DNA of 64,000 nucleotides from Nageia nagi (taxonomy: Eukaryota > Plantae > Pinophyta): positions 113,274,001 to 113,338,000 of the forward strand of contig JBITNC010000001.1 of assembly GCA_050084985.1 (NCBI GenBank), read 5' to 3'. Position 1 is the stretch's first letter, and each line of letters starts with the position of its first letter. Position numbers and translations under genes: made by a program. Below the pieces are notes generated by a model, which was not told where the DNA came from, did no database searches, and saw only the letters and a list, made by a program, of their open reading frames with translations. This document shows positions 53,343-64,000 of this stretch, piece after piece.

Positions 53343-56300
53343 AATTAGATGAAACAATTAGAGGTTTACTTTCAAATCCAAGGTGTTATTGATGATATTA
53401 ATAAAATCTCTTTGACAAGATTAAGTATGGGTGGACATGCATTGATTTGATAGGAGACTCATGTGGAAACTCTTAAGCATGAAAATAAGCCAAAAGTCTC
53501 TTCTTGGGAAAAATTCAAGAGGTTGATGAAAAAATAGTTCTATCCTTTAGGACATCACAATAATAAATCTATGAAATGGTAATTCTTTATACAACAAAGA
53601 AGGAAATTAGTTCAAGAGTACACCATCGAATTTAGGAAGCAAGCTACTCTTCTTGGGGTTTCACTCAAAGATCCTTAAAAGTTGATGAAGTACATTGGAG
53701 GGCTACATAGTCATTTGCAGAAGGCTATCATGTTGTTCAATCCTTAAAATATTGATGAAGTTTGTATTCAAGCATAATATTTGGAAGAAGATGGTAAGGC
53801 AAGAAGGTAATATGAGGAATTCAAGAAGGCTTCAAAGGGTAAAAAAGATAAAGGGATATATCAAGATAAAGACAATGAAGGTAAGCAAGAAACTAAGACC
53901 ACTAATAATTCAAAGAAAGAAGTTGATAAGCATTGTAATCATTATGATAAGGATGGTCATTTTGAAGAGAAATATTGGAAACATCATTTGAAATTACATC
54001 CATACAAGAAGAAGAGTAAGGAGAAGAAGAATGTTCTGATCAATAGGTGTGATTATGTTGAGGGAAGTTCAAATATTGTTGAGAAGATTAATTATTCACC
54101 CATTTAGAAGGTTGGAGAAGACAAAGACATTGAACAATAAAGGATTTATTTATTCCACCTCAAGATTAAAAGTAATAAGATAAGATTTGATTGCATCATT
54201 GATTCGATTTCTCAAGCAAATCTAATTTCTGAGACTATGGTGAATGATTTGGGATTGAATACTTACAACCATCCTCATCCATATCCTTTGGTTTGGGTGC
54301 AAAAAGATGCTAGTATTAAATCCTATAAGAAATGTAAGTTGAAATTTGCTATTTGTACAAAATTCATTAATGAAGTTGTGGTTGATTTTGTTCCATTAGA
54401 TATTTATGGTGTTATTCTTGGTAATTGCTATTTATGGGATAGATATGCTCTTTATTTTAGAATATTAAATAAGTATAAGTTGATTAAAGAAGCAAAGATT
54501 TTTCACGTTAGTGCTCATAACAATAATAATAAGCTACCTTTGGTCATTTTCAGTTAGATCAAATGAATGATAAATACTAGTAAGAGATTTATTTTACTCA
54601 TGATTAGGGCATAAGATTCTAGGTCTATTAAAATCATGGCATCCACACTGTGTTGTTATGACTTCAAGGTGTCCATATCATTCAATAGAAATAAAGAGAT
54701 GCAAAAATTAGTTTAGGAGTTTGCTAAGGTATTTAAAAATCCTAAGGAATTACCTCCTATGTAGGAAATACAACATGAGATTCAACTGTTACCTGATGCT
54801 TCTTTTCCTAATATAACATTATATAGGAAATCAATTTTGGAGCAAAAGGAGATTAAAAGGAAAATTCAAGAGTTGGTTGATCAAGGTGTTATTATACTTA
54901 GTACATCTCCATATGGTTCACCTATAGTTTTGGTTCTCAATAAGGATCAAACTTGGAGGATGTGAATTGATTATTGAGCACTTAACAAAATCACCATCAA
55001 GAATCACTATCCATTTCCTTGGATAGATGATATTTTGGATTAATTTCGAGGGGCAAGTTTCTTCACTAAGTTGGACCTAATAAGTGGATATCATCAAGTT
55101 TGACTCAAGGAGGAGGAAATTTGGAAGATCACCTTCAAAATAAGACAAGGCCTATTTGAGTAGTTTTTTTTCATTTAGTTTGTGTAATGCACCAGCCATG
55201 TTCATGAGGGTAATGAATGAAGTTATTCATCTATTTATTGATTCATTTATTATTGTTTACTTGGATGATATTCTTATGTTTAGTTCTACTTGGGAGGAAC
55301 ATTTGGTACATCTTAAACAAGTACTCCAAACTTTGCAAGAGGAGAATTTGCTTTTGAATTTGAAGAAGTGTGAGTTTGGTAAGCAATATTTGGTGTTTTT
55401 AGGTCATGTTATTGGTTGTAAAAAACTTAAGATTGATCTTGAAAAGGTTAATCCTATATTATATTATCCTAATCCATCTAATATCACTAAAGTAAGGAGT
55501 TTTTTAGGTGTTGTTTAGTATTTAAGAAAATTCATTGTTGATTTCTGTCATATTGCTTCACCTTTACATGATGTTATCTAAAAGAGGTAAGTTTTTCAAT
55601 GGGGAAAGAAACTAAAATTATCTTTTGAGATCTTCAAGAATAAGATTGTTAATGCACTTATTTTGGCACTTCTTGATTTGCAAAAGCTATTTGAAATTGA
55701 GACTAATGCAAGTGATTCTACGATGAGGGTTGTTTTTTTACAAGGAGGTAAACCAATTTGCTACCATTCCAAAAATTTTAGTGGGGCTATTTTGAACTAT
55801 CCTACATATGATAAGGAGTTTTGTGCATAGTTCATGTCATAAAGAAGTGAAGGCATTACTTAATGGGTAAGGAGATAATCATATATCCTAATCATCAACC
55901 ATTGAAGTATTTGCAAACTCAATCAAGGTTACTACAAACTAGACACTATAGATGAATGCATTTTCTACATCAATTTCTTCTAGTGATCAAGTATAAGAAA
56001 GGAAGCAAAATAAGATTATGGATATGATTTCCAAACTATCTATTTCTACAACCATCATGATATCCAAACCTTATAGCTCGATCTCTTGGGTGTTCATGTT
56101 GTGCATAGAGGTAACAGTGAATTCACTAATAGTCAAGAAGTTTCTTCCTTTTATTTTTGAGTATTTTTAGAGGCATATGTGCATGATCATGATTTAAAAG
56201 AGGTTTATCAAAGGTTAACTTCATATAGACTAGATTATGAAGGTGTAGATGATTTTCATTTTCAAAATAGACTTCTTTATAGTTTAAATGCATTATGTAT

Positions 56301-57600
56301 TCCTGAAGGGGAGAGAGTTGGACTGATCAGATAAGCTCATAATTCCAAGATAGCTAGACATTTTGGGGTTGGAAAAATATTATATAATTTATAAAGGTAT
56401 GTGTATTAGTCCAATATGCAAGAGGAAGCTACCAAATACATTAGGGTTATTATTTATGTTGCACTAGTAAGCCTAGTAAGAGAAAGTTGGATTTGTATTG
56501 GCCACTTTTAGTACTTAAGCATTCTTGGGAGTGTATTTCCATGGATTTTGTAAGAGGTTTAACTATGTCCAATAGAGAGCATTAATATTTTTTTATTTTG
56601 GTGGATAGATTTAGCAAGATTTATGTTTTAATTCCATGTAAGAAGACTATTACAAGATAATAGGTTGCAAGTTTATTCTTTTCTCATGTTGGGGTTCATT
56701 TTGGTTTGCCTACTTCTATTGTTTCAGATAGGGATAGTGGATTTTTAGGAAAGTTTTGTACTAGTTTTTGAGAGAATATGGATATATGGTTGAAGAGGAA
56801 TACTACCTTTCATCTTCAAATGGATGGACATACTAAATTCATGAATTATCAAATAGTACAACTCTTGAGAGGTTATTGTAGCAAGCATACTAAGTCTTGG
56901 GATGAGCATATTGAGTATATATAATACTCATATAACAGGTTAATTCATTCTTCCATTGATAAGATTCCATTTGAGACTTGGTTTGGTTATTTTCCACCTT
57001 CACCTTTTGATTATGTGTATGATCAATGAAAGGATGAAGGATATTCACTTGCAAAGGAGGAAAGGAAAGTTGAAGCATTTGTGGAAAATAATTAGGCAAA
57101 TTCATTTGAAAGTCCAAAAGCAACTCAAAGTAAGACAAGCTAAGTATAAATTGAGACATGAAGAGCATAGGGTTGACCATAAGTTTTCTGTGAGGATCTT
57201 GTTTGATTGTATCTTAGTAAGGAGGGGTTGCAAGGACTAGCTAAGAATTTGAAGTCTATAAAGTATGGACCATTTGAAATTGTTAAGAATGAATTTAGGT
57301 TGAATCTACCTAGATATATTAATATCTACTTGGTTGTGAATGTGAAGAACTTAAAATTGTATGAGCCATCCATGTTGATTGAAGATGGAGCAAGTATAGA
57401 TCAGATTTCTCGATATCTTGATGACTTAGTCCCTCATACTATAGATTAACTTAAGGAGGATTTTATATTGAAAAATAAGGTTCATGCTACATTAAGGGGT
57501 GAAATTGATCTATGGTTGGTTGGACTAAATAGATGCATAACAAAACCAATTGGATGGAGAAATACAAGGTGGAGGAGTTGTATCCTCATATTTATTACAT
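53343..57600 (+). pseudogene. pol: Degenerate chromovirus gag-pol (gag-PR-RT-RH-INT-chromodomain remnant)
   Basis: QLEVYF...GGHALI.. gag; CNHY.KDGH knuckle; HPHPYPLVW protease; LCNAPAMFMR...IIVYLDDILMFS RT; YDKE RH; ISMDFV..DRFSK..SDRD integrase; KYGPFEI. Confidence 0.92.
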
Positions 57601-58327
57601 AAGCATTTGTGAAACCAAATGCTTCTCTATTGGGGAGGTATGATCCAAAATGGATTGAATTAAGGTTGATCTCTTCAAGAGTAGTCCTAGAGGTTTCTAT
57701 GCTTATAGGTTAGCTAAAATATGAAAATTTAAGGTTAGATTCTATAGGAATAAGGGCATCCACATCATGATGATAGAAATTTTAGGGCATTGGTATCATA
57801 GGTTCAAATGAGTTATTGACAGAAGTTGAAGGGATAGAGTTATTTCGATAGTTGGAATGGTATGGATAGTTCAACCATCAATTATGATTCACATCTACAT
57901 CGATTTGATGCTATCTTCTTCATTATTATGGGGTTGGAAGATTATGGGAAAAGATTTTATAAGGGATACCAAGAGTTAACTTGTAAATTTTATTCTCTAC
58001 GTGTGTTCTCTTGTTGTAGGAGTATTGCAGGGGTATATGAGAGGATGTATTATTGCCATATTGATGGTATTTCCTTGAACTATAAATAATAAGAAGTGCT
58101 CCCATTCCATGCTAGATTAGCCCACATTAGGTGAACCAGGCTAAATCATTATGTTAATTTATTGCAAGTGATTGAATTCAAATTATATACTATTGTTGTT
58201 CAATATTTAATCAAATTTATCAACTTTCATATGCATTTTTATGGGTAAAATGGTGAATGTAATTTCATTTTTCTAATCTATAAGTGAGGATCCAAGTATG
58301 CTATAATAATTCAATGATTATGGATTA

Positions 58328-61300
58328 GATAATGCCTCAATAGTTTTTACCCTATTTGGATCTATCATTGATCCTTCCTTTGATACAATATAACTAAGAG
58401 ATTTCCCTTGGTTAACCATAAATATAGATTTATTTAGATTAATATAAATTCCAAAGTGTTTGCGTTATTCAAAAACTAATGTAATATGATAAACATGATA
58501 TTTTATATCCTTAGATAAACTAATCTAATATTATTAATCAACTCACCAAAAGCATGGTCCATTTCCTGCTAAAAGGTAGCCCCAACAATAGATAGGCCAA
58601 AAGGCATTCTCTAGAAAGTGAAAGTTCCCATTTTGTAGCAAAAGTTGTCTTGTGTTGATCCTCATATTTTACCCATATTTGATTGAAATTTAAAAATACA
58701 TCTATCATTAAAAAGTAGCAAAATTTAAAAATACTTTGTAGAGTTTATTCCATTGGAGAAAGAGGATAATTATCCTTGAGAGGCAATTGATTCAAATTTT
58801 TGAAATCAACATAAAGTCTAATTTCTTCATTTTTCTTTCTTACAGGAACCAAATTTGCAACCCATGTAGAGTGTTAGATAGGATAAATGATTCTAGAATC
58901 TAGCAATTTTTGGAGTTCTACTTTCATTGATTTCTTCTTGAATATTAGGGTTGATTAGCCTTTTCTTTTTCTAGTAAGGTTGAGCACTTGAGAAAAGATC
59001 AATGGTATGTTTAATGATGCTCCTATAATAAGTTAAGTCCTTGTTATTATTTTAACATATTCATTACATATCTCTATCACTAAATTAATATCATCTAGGC
59101 TATACTTAGTTCCAATATTAATCTTCTTTTTTGGGACAAATTCCACTTCTTTATAATTTTTCTTTTGTAATGATAGACTCATTGCTTTACATTTACCTTA
59201 TGACTCAAATAGGTGCTCAAAAGCAATCAATCCTTTTGGGATCATATATATATTTTTTATTATGTTAGCCTCCTCAAAGTAATCAGGTAACTCCAATCCA
59301 TACATATGAAATACCAATTCATCTACTAAAAATTTCATTACATGCTCATCAAAATTGAATACTTACTAATAGTATGACATATCATGAATAGAAGGTTTGT
59401 ACATCAATTTAACCCCACTTGTATCCCTTATGTAATGAGTTGGGTTAAATTGGACACATTTGGTAGTAAGGGTATCAAAATTTTGATTGTAATTTCAAGA
59501 GATAACCTTAAATTTAATAGCTAAAAATAATTCCATTAGGTCCCATACTTTGTTTTCATATGACTTCAAGTAATGATATATATAATTGCATTTGTTAGTC
59601 ACATATTTGATAAGGAGCTCTAAGTATCCAAACACTTTTATGAATATAATTTACATATTAATATATTTATTTAATCTAATGAATAAGGCTTCATATTCAT
59701 CAACATTATTAGTACAAGCCCATGTGAAATGGTATGAAAATATCCTAGCATATCCTTTAGGTGGTTTCAAGACAACACACTCTCCAACTGCATATCTTCA
59801 TTTGGCTCCATCATACTATAGAATCCATAATCCATCTTCCTTCTAAGTTGTGATTGAAATATGCTTTGCATTTTTAAACAAAAACTATTTTTCTATGGTG
59901 ATATCAAATACATTGTAGTTCAAATATTTGGCTAACAAGATCTATTAGTAATCAATGCCTTCCTAGCAAAATCCACTTCTATGATTTTAGGCTCTTCTAT
60001 ATTTACTATATTCTCAACTAGTATTATCTTAAGGTGAAATAAAATTATTCCTTCATTTGTAATCTTAACTCTTTTGTTTTTAAAAGGTATCTCTATATGA
60101 GTATAATCAATAGCTATGAATCCTCCTAGTTTACTAGTGAGTTCCCTAGATAGGTAAATACCAAACAAAGGAGGGAGATCAACCACCACTATGTCTTGAA
60201 GAATAAAGATTTTGGGAAATTAATTTAAGGTTATTGATACATTATTGAAAACTCCCACAACATCCATTAGGGTTGAATTTAAATTAGGAAATCCTTATAC
60301 ACACCTAGTATAATAGAATTTCATCTATTTGGTTATATAGATTTAATTAGGCATGATAGTGGTAGCAACTCCAATATCATTTAAAAAATTATGTATACTT
60401 CATATTTTCATTCTAATAAATATATAGAAAGGTGAATTCCTAACAATACCTCTTAGAGTTGTGGATGAAGATCTATATTAATCATTATTGTGTTATCACT
60501 TGTCAGTGATGAGGAATAATAATCATAATAATATGAATAATAATAAGATACCTTTTTAAAGTATCTAAGCTTATTTGGGATTAATAAATGCTTTAAAAAC
60601 ATTTATATCATTTGTAATAAATGCAATACCATTTGCTTTCTAATAATTCTACCAATACATTAGTATTTTTATTTGTATATGCCTATTTAAAGGCTTATTC
60701 TATTAATGCAAATCATCCAATATTTGATTCTATATTATGAAATGGGCTTCTTATCTGTAGCAGTTTCACTTAGTGATTCACTATCACAAAGGTAATAATA
60801 ATTTTGTTGTATATTGGTTGAGCAGACCTCTTTCTGTTCATGCTTTGGTTGTTGTCACATTCTCTCATGTTGGTTTTGAGACTTCGGATTCACAGTATGC
60901 TATAGATCCTAATTTTGGTAAATGTTTTGCCAATATTTCACATCCTTCACAATCTAACATAGAGCCATATTTGGATTTCCATCTTTAAGGTAGGTTTCTC
61001 TATCATTTGGATAACTTGTGTGTCCATAAGGAACATCGACCCATGCTTCTCAAAGAATCACATTCTACACTCTATAGTGGACGCTTTGGTAAGCAAAAGA
61101 CCTTGTATCACCTTCAACATTTCTTATATTGACCACACATGAATCAAGATGTTCTTCAGTTTGTTAGATAACATGTTTTTTCTAGCTACTTTAAGCCAAC
61201 CAACCAAAAATTATATCTTAGATCTCCTTTTCCTATTCCTAATCATCCTTAGCTAAGCATTTCTATGGATCTAGTGAGTATTATTCCTCTCATAGTGAAT

Positions 61301-64000
61301 CATCATGATTGTCTCTTTATGGTAGTGAAATGTTTCAACAAGATGCCCAAATTCATTCCCTACCACAAGACTTCTACTACACATGAATTAACACACATTT
61401 TCCTTGATTTGATTTGGTGATCATTTGGAGTTCCTTAAAGCATCATCTTAGATCAAGATCCTTGATTTGTGGGATATCTTTAATGATCACTTTGAAATTT
61501 TTTGGGAATTTTTCTCAATTTTTCTACTACTTTTCATCCATAAGTAGATGGCTAAACTGAAGTTGTGAATCACACATTGATTCAAAGTTTGAGGATCTAT
61601 CATCATAATTCTCTTGCAAATTGGGATTTAAGTCTCACACATATTGAGAATGCATACAATCAGACTCTTCATTCCTCCATTGGATATTTTTATTTTGAGC
61701 TTTATTTAGGATTTCAGCCTTTAGCTCCATATGATATACCTTTTTCCTTACCTTCTTCTACTACTTCTCATCTTCAAAAAGAGCAGGATAAGGTGGATGC
61801 ATTTATTAAATATATTTAGCATATTCAATCCATTATAGTTAGTATGTTTTAGTGTATACAAGAGAAGAAAAAAATTTAGATAGATAAATATAGAGTTCCT
61901 CACTCCTTTCAATTTGGTGATCATGTTTGGATTCATATTGATAAAAGAAGATTCAAGGATAAGGATTTTAGTAAGCTAAAACTCATTTTTTATGGTGCTT
62001 ATACCATCATTCAATAGGTGGTTGATAGTGATTTTTAGTTTTACCTTGCACAACTTGGCATTCATGATGTTGTTAATATTGTTCTTCTCAAACATTATCA
62101 TGACTCCATATTAAATACAAAGGTTCAACCTAGTAATCATGTTGATGCAATTCTTGATTCTTAGTTTCCACTTTCTAAAGACTATTTTTTATACAAAGAA
62201 ACACACCACATGTTACGGATCTACAACTTCATATCTTGTTTCTAAGTAATGTCAATTTCCTTATCAATCTTGTTAGATTCCATATCATCACATGGTTCAA
62301 GATTTTCCTTCTCTTGTGAATGCATTGGGGACCAATGCTTCCTTTGTTGGGAGGAATGATGAGGAATAATAATCATAATAATATAAATAATAATAAGATA
62401 CCTTTTTAAGATATCTAAGATTAGTGGGGATTAATAAATGCTTTAGACATATTTCTACTATTTGTAATAAATGCAATACCATTTGCTCTCCAATGGTTTT
62501 ACCAATACCATGTTCATTATACCATGGTATTTTGATTTGTATTTGCTATTTAAAGGCTTCCTCTATTAGTGCAAATAATCTAAACTTTGATTTTATATCA
62601 GTTAATGTGCATTTGAAATTCTTTAATCTTATACCTTCTTACAATGAATCCAACTCACCAAGTATTCTTAAGGTATCAAATAGAGATACTTGGGCAAGAG
62701 TTATCTTTAGTTTTTTAATAATATTGTAAAGAGAAAGATGAGATATCTCACCCTATTTATAAGAGGATATTATATAAATTATTGGGTAGCCTTATACCTT
62801 TATTTCTTTATTCTAAATGGATATGATCTGATCTCAACTTATTTATTCTTTTATAGTTTTTTTAGCTTCAAGGGAGGAGGAATTTTTGGATCAAGAGGAG
62901 CTTACTTACCTAGTTCTTGAGATGTTTTATTTGGAGTAGTTGGGTCTTTCCCAATAGGAGCTAGTTGCTAAAAAAAATATAATCCTATGATATGATATAG
63001 GGATATATCAAGTTGTTTATGAGATGATGATGCTACAACAAATTTTGGTGCTCTTTTCTATGCATAGGTTTTCATCTCCTCGACATAACCTAGGAAAAAC
63101 AAGTTTATCATTAGTATATTAGCCATAGGATCAATTATGTGTTTTGATATTTGATTAACATGTATACCCAAATATTGGTACTAATAAATTGAGCAAGTAT
63201 CCAACATATGAGAATCATTACATGCTACACATTAAACAAGGATACTTTATAGTTCAACTTCAATAGTTATGGAGGTGGTGACCCTTACTATTGATTGAGG
63301 AATACTAGATTTGGAAGGATTTAATGAAGAGTCTTGATCAACATGAAATAAAGATTAGGTTATCTTATTAGATATTGATACTTAGGTATTTTATGATAAC
63401 TTTGGATTTGTCTTTTAGATGGGGTGAGCTTGTTGGTCAAGTTCCTTATAGTCATTTCCAATTATTTATTCCTCTTAGTATCCTAAGGATTTGTGTTAAC
63501 ATTGGTAATAAGTGATGCAGGTAGCGTTAGAACTTGAGATTGAGTGGGAAATCTGGATGGAGGAGATCATAATGTAATTTGAATAGGCATAGGATTAGGA
63601 TTATATAGGTTACTAGGAGGTAAAAATTGGTAAAATAGCATTATAGTCCTAGGTTATAGCTTACCACTAGCTTTATGATTATCTTCTACCCTTATAGCCT
63701 CCACATATGATCTAAGGAAATCATTAGTTCTAGAGAAAATAATTTGCATATTAATATCTAGGTGAAAAGATTTTCTAAAATACATCAAAGCTTGTTTTGG
63801 GCTAGGCTTGACTTGGGTAAGAGTCCTTTTCTAGGTCTTCTCAAGCCTTATATTAAAATCATCTACTGATTCTTAGGGATGGCATTTTATAGTGATCAAT
63901 TGATTGCAAAGAGAGAACTCATCACCTTCTTAAGAAAAATTATATAGGAATGCCCAAGATAATTAAGCCCATGTAGTGATAAAAGAAAAAGGTAAATTTC
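58328..64000 (-). mobile_element. 5' part of the Tat-like element (gag-PR-aRH-RT), running off the window end
   Basis: Minus strand: gag ~62600-64000; protease ~60100-60420 (VVDLPPLFGIYLSR); aRH ~59450-59835 (YDGAK...CTNNVDEYEAL); RT ~58328-59100 ending IDPNRVKTIEALS. About ten codons are missing before the KINF at ~19490. Confidence 0.82.
60507..62600 (+). mobile_element. Chromovirus deletion derivative with short LTRs, retaining only RH end and integrase
   Basis: LTRs 60507-60737 and 62357-62600; TSD gtcag/gttaa (two transitions); PPT gggaggaa 62349-62356. Sequence after the 5' LTR jumps to KWASYL.QF.LVIHYHKG; integrase FHP.VDG.TEVVN at ~61530. Confidence 0.88.

Larger units (their letters stand above)
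19487..58327 (+). mobile_element. Met-primed chromovirus (CRM/Reina-like) Ty3/gypsy element, split by nested insertions
   Basis: 5' LTR in two pieces: ~19487-19615 matches ~57955-58082, and 26434-26682 matches 58083-58327. PBS tagtatcagagc 26685-26696; gag start ~26868; gag-pol resumes at 53343; PPT ggggagg 57632-57638; 3' LTR 57641-58327 with TGATCC...GGAT(C>T)A ends. Confidence 0.85.

Overview
Very AT-rich, CpG/CHG-depleted intergenic DNA from a large plant genome. The PPR motif style and Tat-lineage retroelements suggest a gymnosperm/conifer (inference). No intact host gene is visible. Most of the window is a nested stack of decayed transposons that can be rebuilt from LTR pairs, PBS/PPT sites, TIRs and TSDs. 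A minus-strand Tat-like gypsy element (PR-aRH-RT-RH-INT; ~13.5-19.5 kb plus 58.3-64 kb) is split inside RT by a Met-primed chromovirus (19.5-58.3 kb). That chromovirus is split in gag by a pol-less LTR element carrying gag plus an antisense, intron-containing plant-mobile-domain (PMD) gene (27.0-53.3 kb). That element is split in gag by a CACTA transposon (29800-46958, TSD AAT) filled with a two-orientation mosaic of PLS-PPR fragments, which itself holds a full-length Ogre/Retand-like element and a small LTR element. A second gag+antisense-PMD element (5.7-13.0 kb) shares a positionally conserved antisense promoter-like motif with the first. A CpG-retaining PPR-derived island (23.6-25.2 kb) contrasts with its surroundings. 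All alignments were made by eye; coordinates without a TSD/TIR/splice anchor are approximate.
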